A DNA stretch of 64,000 nt from Alphaproteobacteria bacterium (GCA_965237415.1 CBDEFM010000001.1:192001-256000); one strand, 5' to 3'; shown: positions 32,392 to 43,134, counted from the stretch's first letter. Notes: generated by a model not told the origin, from the letters alone. Program-made: numbers and translations.

Positions 32392-33186
32392 ATGACCCCG
32401 CTCGCCGTCGACCAGGCGGTCGCGCTCTACGTTGCCGCGCGCCACCGTCGGCAACGGATCGCCGTGCTGCCCGGAGATTGCCGTCCGGCCACCCTCGACG
32501 AGGCCTATTCGGTCCAGGCCGTGCTCAACCAGCGCCTTGGTGCGACGCACGGCGCGGTTTGCGGCCGCAAGATCGGCTGCACCACGCCGGTGATGCAGCG
32601 CTATCTGGAGATCGCCCATCCCTGCGCCGGCGCGCTCTACGAGCAGCGGACGCACGCAGCGCCCGCGACGGTGGCTTATGCCGACCACTGGCGGCCCGGC
32701 GTCGAGTGCGAGATCGCGGTAAGGCTGGGCCAACCGCTGCCGGCAGACGCCGCGCCCTTCGACCGCGAGACTGTCGCCGCCGCCGTCGAGGCCTGCATGG
32801 CGGCCATCGAGATTGTGGACGACCGCTATGAGGACTTCCGTGCCCTCGACACGCCGACGCTCATCGCCGACGACTTTTTCAGCGCCGGCGCCGTGACCGG
32901 CCCGGCCGTCACCGCGTGGCGCGACGTCGACCTCGCGGCGGCGGGCGGTGTCATGACGATAAACGGCGCGCAGGTGGGCGCCGGCACCGGCGCCGACGTG
33001 ATGGGCCACCCCTTCGAGGCGCTGACCTGGCTCGCGAACCACGCCGCGGCGAGCGGGCGGCCGCTCGCGGCGGGCGATGTGGTGCTGACCGGCAGCGTCG
33101 TCGAGACCAAGTGGGTCGAGCCCGGCGATACGGTCCACGTTGCGATTGAGGGTTTGGGCGAGGCCAGCGTCACATTTGCGCGATGA
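32392..33186 (+). CDS. 2-keto-4-pentenoate hydratase / FAA hydrolase family protein
   Basis: GRKIGCT, VECEIA, AIEIVD, LIAD, GHP, VLTGS. Confidence 0.85.
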   Translation: MTPLAVDQAVALYVAARHRRQRIAVLPGDCRPATLDEAYSVQAVLNQRLGATHGAVCGRKIGCTTPVMQRYLEIAHPCAGALYEQRTHAAPATVAYADHWRPGVECEIAVRLGQPLPADAAPFDRETVAAAVEACMAAIEIVDDRYEDFRALDTPTLIADDFFSAGAVTGPAVTAWRDVDLAAAGGVMTINGAQVGAGTGADVMGHPFEALTWLANHAAASGRPLAAGDVVLTGSVVETKWVEPGDTVHVAIEGLGEASVTFAR

Positions 33187-33294
33187 GGCCCCGCGCCGGA
33201 CCCGGCGCGTTGACAGGGGCGCCGCGAAGGGCCTGAATCGAGCGACCGCCACCACGGCCTGCTAAGCGAGGCCGGGCAAGAGAGGACGAACATC

Positions 33295-34392
33295 ATGACC
33301 AAGCTGCCGCTGACCGCCGGCGCCGCCGCTGCGGCGCTCCTGGCCGCGACCACGGCCTTCGCCGAGGAAGAGGCCGTCGTCAACGTCTACAACTGGTCGG
33401 ACTACATCGACGAGGAGATCCTCACCGAATTCGAGGCCGAGACCGGAATCAAGGTCGTCTACGACGTCTTCGATTCCAACAACATCCTGGAGACCAAGCT
33501 GCTCACCGGCAGCACGGGCTACGACGTCGTGGTGCCGAGCGGCACCTTCCTCGCGCGCCAGATCCAGGCGGGCATCTTCCGGCAGCTCGACAAGAGCAAG
33601 CTCGCCAACATTGGCAACCTGGACGAGACGATCATGACGGTCGTGAGCCAGTGGGATCCGGGGAACAGCTACGCCATCAATTACATGTGGGGCACCACAG
33701 GCTTCGGCTACAACTCCGAGAAGATCGCCGAGCGCGCGCCCGACGCGCCCACCGGCTCCTGGGGCATGCTCTTCGACCCCGACGTGGTCTCGAAGTTCGC
33801 CGATTGCGGAGTCTACATGATGGACGAGCCGGACGAGGTGGTTCCGGCCGTGCTCAACTATATCGGCGAGGACCCCAACAGCCACGACACCGACGTGATC
33901 GCCAAGGTCGAGCCGGTGCTGCTGGCAATCCGGCCGCACATCCGCCGCTTCCACAACTCGGCCCAGATCAACGATCTTGCGAACGGCGACATCTGCCTCA
34001 CCATGGGCTGGTCGGGCGACATGCTGCAGGCCCGCGACCGCGCCTGGGAGGCCGAGAACAATGTTGAGATCGCCTATGTCATCCCGGACGAGGGCGCGCT
34101 GTCATGGTTCGACATGATGGCGATCCCGGCGGACGCGCCGCATCCGGGGAACGCGCACAAGTTCATCGACTACATCATGCGGCCCGACGTGATCGCCAAG
34201 GCGTCCAACTACGTCTACTACGCCAACGGGAACGCCGCCTCGACGCCGCTGCTGGATGCGGAGATCACCGAGGACCCCGGCATCTACCCGACGGATGAGG
34301 CACGGAAAGGGCTCTATGTGACCAACCCCTATCCGCCCAAGGTGCAGCGCTTCATCACCCGGATGTGGACCAGCATCAAGGGCGCGCAGTAG
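33295..34392 (+). CDS. potF: Putrescine ABC transporter substrate-binding protein
   Basis: YNWSDYI, GYDVVVPS, YMWGTTG, WSGD. Confidence 0.9.
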   Translation: MTKLPLTAGAAAAALLAATTAFAEEEAVVNVYNWSDYIDEEILTEFEAETGIKVVYDVFDSNNILETKLLTGSTGYDVVVPSGTFLARQIQAGIFRQLDKSKLANIGNLDETIMTVVSQWDPGNSYAINYMWGTTGFGYNSEKIAERAPDAPTGSWGMLFDPDVVSKFADCGVYMMDEPDEVVPAVLNYIGEDPNSHDTDVIAKVEPVLLAIRPHIRRFHNSAQINDLANGDICLTMGWSGDMLQARDRAWEAENNVEIAYVIPDEGALSWFDMMAIPADAPHPGNAHKFIDYIMRPDVIAKASNYVYYANGNAASTPLLDAEITEDPGIYPTDEARKGLYVTNPYPPKVQRFITRMWTSIKGAQ

Positions 34393-34425
34393 GCACGACG
34401 ACGGCACCGCACGGGCGCGGCGCCC

Positions 34426-35574
34426 GTGAACCGGCGGCCTGAGCACGCCGGGGGAGAGGCTTCGCCTGCCCCCGGCGGCGAGGGCGTGTTTCTTCGCATC
34501 GAGGGCGTCAGCAAGCGCTTCGGTAGCGTTGTCGCGGTCGACGATGTCTCTCTCGACATCGCGCAGGGCGAGTTCTTCGCCCTGCTCGGCCCGTCGGGCT
34601 GCGGCAAGACCACGCTGCTTCGCATTCTCGCGGGCTTCGAGACGCCGAGCGCCGGCGCCCTCCTGCTCGATGGCATCGACCTCGCCGTGCTGCCGCCCTA
34701 CCGGCGGCCGGTCAACATGATGTTCCAGTCGTACGCGCTCTTTCCCCATATGACCGTTACCGGCAACGTCGCCTTCGGGCTGCGCCAGGACCGGGTGCCC
34801 AGGGCCGAGATCGCGGCGCGGGTGGAGGAGGTGCTGGCGCTGGTGGAGCTCTCCGCGCTCACCCGGCGCAAGCCGCATCAGCTCTCCGGCGGCCAGCGCC
34901 AGCGCGTGGCGCTCGCCCGCAGCCTGGTCAAGCGGCCCAAGCTCTTGCTGCTCGACGAGCCGCTCGCTGCGCTGGATAAGAAGCTCCGCGAGCAGACCCA
35001 GTTCGAGCTCATGGAGATCCAGCAACGCGTTGGCATCACCTTCGTGATCGTGACCCACGATCAGGACGAGGCGATGACCGTCGCCGACCGGATCGCGGTG
35101 ATGGATAGAGGCCGCATCGCCCAGGTAGACACGCCTTCCGCGATCTATGAGGCGCCCCGCTCGCGCTACGTGGCCGAGTTCATCGGCGACGTGAACATCT
35201 TCGAGGGGCACGCCAAGGCCTTGAATGGCGGCGATATCGTGGTCGATCAGGCTGACGCGCCGGCAGGGCTCGCGGCACCCGCGCGCGCCGACGGCCCCGC
35301 ATCAGGCGAGTCCGTGCTGCTTGCGGTGCGGCCGGAGAAGATCGAGATCGCCCCCAGCCCGCCGCCACCCGGCACCGCCAACGCCATGGCAGGCGAAGTG
35401 ACCGAGATCGCCTATCTGGGGAGCGTCTCGACGTACCGGGTGCGCCTCGATAGCGGCAAGATGGTCGTCTCCACCCAGACCAACCGGCTCCGCCACGGCG
35501 GCACGGCCATCGGCCGGGGCGCGCGCGTTCATCTCTCCTGGTCGGTCGAGGCGAGCATCCTGCTCCGGTCATGA
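34426..35574 (+). CDS. potG: Putrescine ABC transporter ATPase
   Basis: GPSGCGKT, RPVNMMFQSYALFPH, TOBE domain. Confidence 0.88.
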   Translation: MNRRPEHAGGEASPAPGGEGVFLRIEGVSKRFGSVVAVDDVSLDIAQGEFFALLGPSGCGKTTLLRILAGFETPSAGALLLDGIDLAVLPPYRRPVNMMFQSYALFPHMTVTGNVAFGLRQDRVPRAEIAARVEEVLALVELSALTRRKPHQLSGGQRQRVALARSLVKRPKLLLLDEPLAALDKKLREQTQFELMEIQQRVGITFVIVTHDQDEAMTVADRIAVMDRGRIAQVDTPSAIYEAPRSRYVAEFIGDVNIFEGHAKALNGGDIVVDQADAPAGLAAPARADGPASGESVLLAVRPEKIEIAPSPPPPGTANAMAGEVTEIAYLGSVSTYRVRLDSGKMVVSTQTNRLRHGGTAIGRGARVHLSWSVEASILLRS

Positions 35575-36497
35575 CCGTTGAGCGCGAACGCCGCACGCCG
35601 GCGCGCGCATGGGGGCTGCTCGGGCGCGGCTCGGTGATCGCGAGCCCCTATGTGTGGCTGCTCTTCTTCTTCCTCGTTCCCTTCGCGATCGTGCTCAAGA
35701 TCAGCGTGGCCGAGATCCAACTCGCCATCCCGCCCTATACGCCGCTCTTCGCCTGGCCCGAGGGCGGCTCCTTCGAGCTCTTCGCGGTCGGCGACAACTA
35801 CCGGCTCCTGATCGAGGACAGCCTCTATATCCGCGCCTACGCGAACAGCCTCAAGATCGCGGCGCTCTCGACAGCGTTCGCGCTGCTGGTGGGCTTCCCC
35901 ATCGCCTACGCCATGGCCCGCGCGCCCCGCGCCTGGCAGGCGACCCTGGTGATGCTGATGATCCTGCCCTTCTGGACCTCCTTCCTGATCCGGGTCTACG
36001 CCTGGATCGGGATCCTGAAGAACGAGGGGATGCTGAACGGGGTGCTGCGCTGGATCGGGGTGATCGACGAGCCGCTGATCATCCTCAACACCGACATCGC
36101 GGTCTATATCGGCATCGTTTACTCGTACCTGCCGTTCATGGTCCTGCCGCTCTACGCCAACCTGGTGCGGATGGACCGCTCGCTGCTGGAGGCCGCGGCC
36201 GACCTCGGCTGCCGCCCGGCCGGCGCCTTCTGGAAAATCACCGTGCCGCTGGCGAGACCCGGCATCGTCGCCGGGTGCTTCCTGGTGTTCATCCCGGCCG
36301 TCGGCGAATTCGTGATCCCCGACCTGCTCGGCGGCTCCGGCACGCTGATGATCGGGCGGATGCTCTGGACCGAGTTCTTCAGAAACCGCGACTGGCCCGT
36401 GGCCTCTGCGGTCGCCGTGATCCTGCTTCTGGTGCTGATCGTGCCCATCGTGCTGTTCCAGCGCCACCAGCAGTCCCAGCGGGAGCGGGAGGCCTGA
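35571..36497 (+). CDS. potH: Putrescine ABC transporter permease
   Basis: LPFWTSFLIRVYAW, EAAADLG, NRDWP. Confidence 0.88.
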   Translation: MTVERERRTPARAWGLLGRGSVIASPYVWLLFFFLVPFAIVLKISVAEIQLAIPPYTPLFAWPEGGSFELFAVGDNYRLLIEDSLYIRAYANSLKIAALSTAFALLVGFPIAYAMARAPRAWQATLVMLMILPFWTSFLIRVYAWIGILKNEGMLNGVLRWIGVIDEPLIILNTDIAVYIGIVYSYLPFMVLPLYANLVRMDRSLLEAAADLGCRPAGAFWKITVPLARPGIVAGCFLVFIPAVGEFVIPDLLGGSGTLMIGRMLWTEFFRNRDWPVASAVAVILLLVLIVPIVLFQRHQQSQREREA

Positions 36498-37309
36498 TGC
36501 GGCGGGGCTTGAGCGGGATCAATCTGGCGGCGCTCACACTTGGCTTCGCCTTCCTCTACATCCCGATCCTCCTGCTTATCATCTATTCCTTCAACGAATC
36601 GAAGCTCGTGACCGTGTGGGCGGGGTTCTCCACCAAGTGGTACGTCGCGATGGTGGAGAACACGCGGTTGCTCGACGCCGCCTGGATGACGCTGAAGGTC
36701 GCCGTGGTCTCGTCCACCGTGGCGCTGGTGCTGGGCACTCTCGCGGGGCTCGCGCTCGCCCGGCTCGGGCGCTTCCCCGGCCGCACGCTCTTCTCGGGCA
36801 TGGTGTACGCGCCGCTGGTCATGCCCGAGGTCATCACCGGCCTTTCGATGCTGCTGCTCTTCGTCGCGCTCTCCTGGTCGCGCGGCTACTGGACCGTGAC
36901 GGTGGCCCACATCACCTTCTCGATGGCCTATGTCGCGGTGGTCGTGCAGTCGCGGCTGCTCACCATGGACCGCTCGCTGGAAGAAGCCGCGATGGACCTG
37001 GGCGCGCCGCCGGTCAAGACCTTCTTCGCCGTCACGCTGCCGATCATCAGCCCGGCGTTGGTTGCCGGCTGGCTCCTGGCGTTCACGCTTTCGCTCGACG
37101 ATCTGGTGATCGCGTCGTTCACCAGCGGCCCCGGCTCGACGACGCTGCCGATGAAGATTTACTCGCAGGTGCGCTTGGGCGTGACACCGGAGATCAACGC
37201 GGTCTCCACGGTGCTGGTGGGCGTCGTCTCCATCGGCGTGATCGCCGCGAGCCTCATCAACAAGCGCGCCATGGTCATCCGCGAGCGGGAGGCACAGACC
37301 GCCGCATAG
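36497..37309 (+). CDS. potI: Putrescine ABC transporter permease
   Basis: YSFNESKLVTVWAGFSTKWY, EEAAMDLGA, SLDD. Confidence 0.88.
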   Translation: MRRGLSGINLAALTLGFAFLYIPILLLIIYSFNESKLVTVWAGFSTKWYVAMVENTRLLDAAWMTLKVAVVSSTVALVLGTLAGLALARLGRFPGRTLFSGMVYAPLVMPEVITGLSMLLLFVALSWSRGYWTVTVAHITFSMAYVAVVVQSRLLTMDRSLEEAAMDLGAPPVKTFFAVTLPIISPALVAGWLLAFTLSLDDLVIASFTSGPGSTTLPMKIYSQVRLGVTPEINAVSTVLVGVVSIGVIAASLINKRAMVIREREAQTAA

Positions 37310-37509
37310 GGCCAAATTTTTAGGAATGCAGCTTCTATAGTGGAGTTTCGGGGCGGGTCAGTTGTGCCAGTGCTCAAGGCCAATAACACGGTTGGAGCGC
37401 TGACGAACTCGGCTACGTCCACACTACCTTCAATAATTTCTACTATGGCGACTCCGAGTTCGATGCGGTAAGCTCCCCAAGCTCCTTAACTGTTCTACGA
37501 GAACTAACC

Positions 37510-38472
37510 GTGTCCAAATTGGTGTTCCCAGATGTTAAATTTGACGAATGCGCACTGTGTGGTGAATCATCCGATCTTCAACTCAGCCACATCGTGCCTG
37601 GATTTGTCTTCCGATGGTTCCGGGAAAGCTCTGCCACTGGACACATGCGGTTTGGAGAGGCCCCCAATGTCCGCACCCAAGACGGCCTAAAACTTCGGAT
37701 GCTATGCCATAAATGTGAACAGTTGTTTTCTCCTTGGGAGAAGAATTTCTGCGAAAATTGTTTTGGGCCTATCAATGATGGATGTGTTGAACACCTCCCT
37801 TACGGGGCGTGGATGCTCAAATGTGCGACGTCAATTTCTTGGCGCGTTCTACGTGTCTTCGCTGCCAGCAACGAACTTTCCGATTTTCCCCCAAGAATTC
37901 ATCGTGCGACCAGTAAGGCGCTTCACGGCTGGGCCAGTTTTCTCAAGGGCAACAAAGCCTATCTGGGTCGTCATGAGCAACACATGTTTTCGATTGACGC
38001 GATCAGGGAGATTGCGAATCGAAATGGACCGCCAAATATTAATAGATATTTGAATCGTGCAATCGAGATTCACGTAGCCCATGACAACACATCTTCTTTT
38101 TCTTATACTAAGATGGGGAAGTTGATACTATTTGGCTTCATTGACATGCGATATTCGCACAACTGGAGAGGGACGAAATTGAACACCGAGCAGGGAAGGG
38201 TCCGCACTAGCGACATAGACGTACCGGCAGATATATTGGAGTACATATACGAACGTGCCAGACGGTTCGCAGCCAGGTACACTCAGATTTCGGAATCACA
38301 ACAGACGAAGATTCGGCAATCATATGAGAAAGATATGGCCCGCGCGACCAATAGCGATACTTTGCGTGCAATGCATCAAGATGTACTGTTGTTTGGCAAG
38401 AGCGCCTTTGAGTTCACGCAGGCAAGTGCAAAAGCCACTACGAAAGAGAGCGGTGGTGAGAACAGCGATTGA
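37510..38472 (+). CDS. Low-GC hypothetical protein with an N-terminal CxxC...H...CxxC (HNH-like) module
   Basis: CALC...SHIVP...LCHKCE; base composition visibly more AT-rich than the flanks. Confidence 0.7.
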   Translation: MSKLVFPDVKFDECALCGESSDLQLSHIVPGFVFRWFRESSATGHMRFGEAPNVRTQDGLKLRMLCHKCEQLFSPWEKNFCENCFGPINDGCVEHLPYGAWMLKCATSISWRVLRVFAASNELSDFPPRIHRATSKALHGWASFLKGNKAYLGRHEQHMFSIDAIREIANRNGPPNINRYLNRAIEIHVAHDNTSSFSYTKMGKLILFGFIDMRYSHNWRGTKLNTEQGRVRTSDIDVPADILEYIYERARRFAARYTQISESQQTKIRQSYEKDMARATNSDTLRAMHQDVLLFGKSAFEFTQASAKATTKESGGENSD

Positions 38473-38508
38473 TCCAATTGGCTATTCGCGGCGCAGCGCA
38501 GTGCGCCC

Positions 38509-39810
38509 TCACAATCTGTCGCGCAGCGCGCCGTAGGCGAGCGCGAGCGCAAGCGTCGGCCAGCGGAGGGACTTCCCGCCGGGGAAGGGTCTCTGCGGCA
38601 GCCGGGCAAAGACATCGAAACGCTCCAGCGTGCCGGCGATGGCCTCGGCGACCAACGCGCCGCCGAGCGTGGCTAGCGCCACGCCGTGGCCGGAATAGCC
38701 TTGCGCGTAGTAGAGCCCGCCCTCGAGCCGGCCGATGCTGGGCATCCGGCTCCTGGTGATGGCGAGGGTGCCGCCCCAGGCATGGTCGATGCGCACATCG
38801 GCAAGCTGAGGAAAGATTCGCAGCATCTGGCGTCGCACGAGGGAGCGCGGGTCATCGGAGAGGCGCCGGCCTGCGCTCTCGCCACCGCCGAAGAGAAGCC
38901 TCCCGTCGGCCGAGAGCCGAAAATAGTTCACCACGAAGCGCGTATCGACGACGGCGATATCGCGGGGAATCAATTCCCGCGCGCGCGCTTCGCCCAAGGG
39001 TTCGGTGGCCAGGATGAAGTTGTCGATCGGCATCATGCGCCCGCCCATGCCGGGGTCCAACGCATCCAGATAGCCGTTGCAGGCGAGCACGACCGCATCC
39101 GCCGCGATCGTGTGCGCGCCGGCTTCGACCGTGCAGGGCGAGCCGGAGGCGAGGCCGGTGACAGGCGAACCCTCGCGGATATCCACGCCTGCCTCTACCG
39201 CCGCCTGGGCGAGGCCGCGCGCGTAGTCGAGCGGATGAAGGTGGCCCGCGCCTCGATCCAGAAGGCCGCCGTGAAACCCCTCCGCCGCCACCTCTGCACG
39301 GATAGCCGCGCGGTCGAGCACGTCGATCTCGTCGTAACCGTAGCGGGCGCTGAGGTGCGCAGCCTCCTGCGCCAGCGCGCGCGCGTGGCGCGGGCGGTGT
39401 GCGGCGATGGCGATGCCGGGCTTCAGGTCGCACTCGATCCCATGCCGGGCGATGCGGGCGCGGACGAGGGCCTTCGCTTCCTCGGCAAGCGACCAGAGGA
39501 GCTGCGCCCGGTCTTGGCCGAGCTCCCGCTCCAGAGTGGACTGATCGCGCCGATGCCCGCTGCCGAGCTGCCCGCCGTTGCGGCCGGAGGCGCCGTTGCC
39601 GATGCGCCGCGCCTCAAGCAGAACGGTGTTGAAGCCGCGTTCGGCGAGGTGGAGCGCGCAGGAGAGCCCCGTGTAGCCGCCGCCGATGACGCAGACATCC
39701 GCGCGCTTATCGCCGTCGAGCGCTGGCCAGGCCGGGTTCGTCCGCGCGCTTGCCTCGTACCAGGTGGGCGCCGCGCCGTCGTGCTGTGCGTAGCGGCCGG
39801 CTCGGCTCAT
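38509..39810 (-). CDS. puuB: FAD-dependent oxidoreductase, gamma-glutamylputrescine oxidase-like
   Basis: GGGYTG, GASGRNGGQ, GYSGHGV, PFPGG; adjacent to a GS-like gene and the pot operon. Confidence 0.8.
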   Translation of the reverse strand: MSRAGRYAQHDGAAPTWYEASARTNPAWPALDGDKRADVCVIGGGYTGLSCALHLAERGFNTVLLEARRIGNGASGRNGGQLGSGHRRDQSTLERELGQDRAQLLWSLAEEAKALVRARIARHGIECDLKPGIAIAAHRPRHARALAQEAAHLSARYGYDEIDVLDRAAIRAEVAAEGFHGGLLDRGAGHLHPLDYARGLAQAAVEAGVDIREGSPVTGLASGSPCTVEAGAHTIAADAVVLACNGYLDALDPGMGGRMMPIDNFILATEPLGEARARELIPRDIAVVDTRFVVNYFRLSADGRLLFGGGESAGRRLSDDPRSLVRRQMLRIFPQLADVRIDHAWGGTLAITRSRMPSIGRLEGGLYYAQGYSGHGVALATLGGALVAEAIAGTLERFDVFARLPQRPFPGGKSLRWPTLALALAYGALRDRL

Positions 39811-41168
39811 CAGACGGCGAGGAGGAGGAACTTGCGCTCCCAGGAACTCACGACGCGCAGGTAGGCGTCGTACTCGGCGCGGACGATTTCGTTGAAGCCC
39901 CTGACGAAGAGATCACCGAACATGGCGCGCGCCTCGTCCGATGACTCGAACTGCTCGAGCGCCGTCCTGAGGTCGAGCGGCAGTGTCTCGAACGCACCGG
40001 TCTCTTCGCCTTCGACCGGGGGCGAGGGCTCGAGCGCCTGCGTCATGCCGAGATAGCCCGCAGCGAGCGTGGCGGCGATGGTGAGGTAGGGGTTCGTGTC
40101 GGAACCGGGCAGGCGGTTCTCGACCCGGCGGTTCCGGGGCGGTGCGTCCGGCACGCGCAGTCCCGCGATGCGGTTGTCGTAGCCCCAGCCGACGTTGAAC
40201 GGCTTGCTCGCGCCGAAGCGAAGCCTGCGGAACGAGTTGACGTTGGGCGCCATGAGCGGCGTGAACGCCGGCAGAAAGCGCTGCAGGCCGCCGAGGTAGT
40301 GGCGGAACGCCGCCGACTCGGCCCCGTCTTCGTCGGAAAAGAGCGGCCGACGCTCCGCGCCCTCGTAGACCGACTGGTGCACGTGCATGGCGCTGCCCGG
40401 CTCGCCCTGCATCGGCTTCGCCATGAAGGTGGCGTAGAAGCCGTGGCGCAGGGCGGTCTGGCGCACCGTGCGCTTGAAGACAAACACCTGGTCGGCGAGA
40501 CGGAGCGCCTCGCCGTGGCGGAAGTTGATCTCCACCTGCCCGGCCCCGCTCTCATGGTTGAGCGTATCGATATCGAGCTCCTGGGCCTCGCAATAGTCGT
40601 AGAGATCTTCGAAGAAGGGGTCGAACTCGTTGACCGCGTCGATGCCGAACTCCTGGCGCCCCGCCTCGCGCCGGCCAGAGGCGCCGATGGGCGGCTTGAG
40701 CGGCTGGTCCGGGTCGGTGTTCTTCTCGACCAGGTAGAACTCGATCTCCGGTGCGATGACCGGATGCCAGCCGCGCTCGACGTAACTTTCAAGCAGGCTC
40801 GCGAGCACGCGGCGTGAGTAGAACGGCGAATGCCCGCCGTCCCGCAGCACGCAATCGGCGATCACCTGGGCGGTGGGCTCGTTGTACCAGGGCACGAGGG
40901 TGAGCGTCGCCGGATCCGGCTCCAGCACGAAATCGCTGTCGCTCACGTCGATGGAGACGGCGCCCGGCGGCGGGAAGTCGCCGGTGAGCGTATGGACCAG
41001 GACGTTCTTCGGCAGGCGGTGTTCGCCGCCGGCGAGGCCCTCGATGAACTTGTCCGTGGGCAGAATCTTGCCGCGCGGCACGCCCGCGAGGTCCGGGACG
41101 ATGCACTCGACCTCGACGATGCTCCGCTCTCTGAGCCAGGCCTCGATTGCCCGGTGGCCGTCGCTCAT
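39810..41168 (-). CDS. puuA: Glutamine synthetase family protein, gamma-glutamylputrescine synthetase-like
   Basis: PRGK, PEIEFY, HESGAGQVE, FMAKP, GSAMHVHQS, RVENR. Confidence 0.78.
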   Translation of the reverse strand: MSDGHRAIEAWLRERSIVEVECIVPDLAGVPRGKILPTDKFIEGLAGGEHRLPKNVLVHTLTGDFPPPGAVSIDVSDSDFVLEPDPATLTLVPWYNEPTAQVIADCVLRDGGHSPFYSRRVLASLLESYVERGWHPVIAPEIEFYLVEKNTDPDQPLKPPIGASGRREAGRQEFGIDAVNEFDPFFEDLYDYCEAQELDIDTLNHESGAGQVEINFRHGEALRLADQVFVFKRTVRQTALRHGFYATFMAKPMQGEPGSAMHVHQSVYEGAERRPLFSDEDGAESAAFRHYLGGLQRFLPAFTPLMAPNVNSFRRLRFGASKPFNVGWGYDNRIAGLRVPDAPPRNRRVENRLPGSDTNPYLTIAATLAAGYLGMTQALEPSPPVEGEETGAFETLPLDLRTALEQFESSDEARAMFGDLFVRGFNEIVRAEYDAYLRVVSSWERKFLLLAV

Positions 41169-41214
41169 GCGCGCTTCTCCACGCTCCCTATGTGGGTGCA
41201 CTCACGACCCAATT

Positions 41215-43134
41215 CTAGCGCTCGCTGCGGTCGCCGAAGAGCATCGTGACGTTGACGCGCCGGTTCTCGTAGCCGGGGCGGAAATCCAGATCGTCGGTGT
41301 GGTGGAAGAGGTCTGAATCGAAGATCACCACGCGGTTCCGCCGATAGGGCACCGTCACCGGCTCGTCGCCCGCGTCTGCGAGAAACTTCGCCATGCGGGC
41401 GCTGTCGGCATTGTAGGTGCGGAACGCCCAGTCCGAGGGGGCATGCGTCTTATGAATCACGAGCCCGCCCGAGTCTGGATTCCGGTTCGCCTCATCGGGA
41501 GTCACCCAGAAGTTCACGTTGACCGCGGCGAAGTCGGCATGGGTGGCGATCCCCTGCAGTCTCGAATCGTACTTGTAGGCCCAGAGCTGCTCCAACCGAT
41601 GGGATCGGAAGATGCCGGGTAAGCACGAACGAAGCTCGTCCGCGATCTGCAGCGCGAGCGAAGTGGCGAAGCCATCCACCAGATAGGCACCGAGATAGCC
41701 GCGCTTCACCTGGTACCAGACCGTGGCGTCGAGGCAGAAGCGCCACAGCCGGTCCAGCGCGTCCTGGGTCAGAAAGTCGTCGACGACCACCAGATTGGGC
41801 GCGCTCTCCTGGTAGGCGGCCTCAATGGCCGAGGCGTCGAGGTCGGGATTGACGGCGGCGTCGGCCACAGCCGGGGCCTCGGGGAGGTGGAGCGGGCGGT
41901 TGTAGGCCGCCGCGATGCGCCGCCAGTCCGGGGCTTCCAGGGCGACCGGCTCCTCCGGCGGAGCGTCGGCGGGCAGTGCTGCGAGAATCTTCTCGTAAGC
42001 CTCGGCGACCCTTTCGAAAGAAGCGTCGATCCGGCCCTCACCGCAGAGCCAGCGGATCTGCTCGGCGTCGTGCTGCAGCTTGAACGGCGCAACGGGAACC
42101 GCCGGCCGCTCCTCCCGCCGCTGCGTCAGCACGTCGGGCGCGAGCGGCGAGCCGTGGCTCAGCGTTGCCGCGTCGCCGAAGCAGGCGAGCGCTGCGGGCG
42201 CGTCGCCGCGCGCCGCATGGACCATACCGAGATTGGCGCGGTAGGTCGCGCGATCCGGTTTCAGCGCCAGCGCGCGCTCCAGGCTTGCGATCGCTTCGTC
42301 CTCGCGTCCCAAGCGCTTGAGGGCGTTGCCGAGATTGGCGTGCGCCGCCGCGTGTTCGGGATCGAGGGCGATCGCCTGGCGATAGGCGGCCTCCGCCTCC
42401 TCCACACGGTAGAGGTCCTGCAGCACATTGCCGAGATTGGCGTGTGCCACTGCGTGCTGCGGGTCGAGTTCGATGGCGCGGCGGAGGCTCGCTTCCGCCT
42501 CCTCCAGCGCGCCGGATTCGCGGAGCGCGTTGCCGAGGTCGGATTGGGCGCTTGCGGAGCCCTCGTCCGCCGCAACCGCCTGCTTGAGGACTTCTACCGC
42601 CTCCTCGGCCCGGCCGAGGTCCAGCAGCGCGCGGCCAAGCTCAAAGAGCGCCGGCCCGTGATCGGGCCGGATCGAGAGCGCCTTGCGGAGCCACGCCACT
42701 GCGTCCGCCGGGCGGCCAGCGCCGCGCAGCGCGTGGCCGAGATTGTAGCGGACGTTGGCATTGCCGGAGTCGAGCGCAGCCGCGCGGCGATAGTGCGCCA
42801 CCGCCTCGTCGTGGCGGCCCAAGCCGTTCAGAGCATTGCCCAGATCGTTGAGGAAGCCCGCGTTGCGCGGCGCCCGTCGCGCGGCCTTGGTCAGCAGCGG
42901 GATCGCCGTCTCCAACCGGCCCGTCTGGGCATGGAGCACGCCGAAGAGGTGCAGCGCATCCGCGTGGCCGGGCCGCTGTTGCAGGACCCGCTCGTAGAGT
43001 GCCGCCGCCGCCGCCGCCCGGCCCGCCCGATGATGGCCGAGCGCAGCCCGAAGGGCATGGTCGACCGGGTCGATACTAACCGGCGCCGCGCCAGAAGCCC
43101 GTCCCTTCGCCCTGCGCCGCTCGCGTCGCGTCAT
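41215..43134 (-). CDS. TPR-repeat protein with a C-terminal 2OG-Fe(II) oxygenase-like domain
   Basis: About nine TPR units (A..NLGN.L...G...EA); C-terminal HAD...H...R motif (IATHADFAAVN, LFHHTD, RRVN). Confidence 0.8.
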   Translation of the reverse strand: MTRRERRRAKGRASGAAPVSIDPVDHALRAALGHHRAGRAAAAAALYERVLQQRPGHADALHLFGVLHAQTGRLETAIPLLTKAARRAPRNAGFLNDLGNALNGLGRHDEAVAHYRRAAALDSGNANVRYNLGHALRGAGRPADAVAWLRKALSIRPDHGPALFELGRALLDLGRAEEAVEVLKQAVAADEGSASAQSDLGNALRESGALEEAEASLRRAIELDPQHAVAHANLGNVLQDLYRVEEAEAAYRQAIALDPEHAAAHANLGNALKRLGREDEAIASLERALALKPDRATYRANLGMVHAARGDAPAALACFGDAATLSHGSPLAPDVLTQRREERPAVPVAPFKLQHDAEQIRWLCGEGRIDASFERVAEAYEKILAALPADAPPEEPVALEAPDWRRIAAAYNRPLHLPEAPAVADAAVNPDLDASAIEAAYQESAPNLVVVDDFLTQDALDRLWRFCLDATVWYQVKRGYLGAYLVDGFATSLALQIADELRSCLPGIFRSHRLEQLWAYKYDSRLQGIATHADFAAVNVNFWVTPDEANRNPDSGGLVIHKTHAPSDWAFRTYNADSARMAKFLADAGDEPVTVPYRRNRVVIFDSDLFHHTDDLDFRPGYENRRVNVTMLFGDRSER

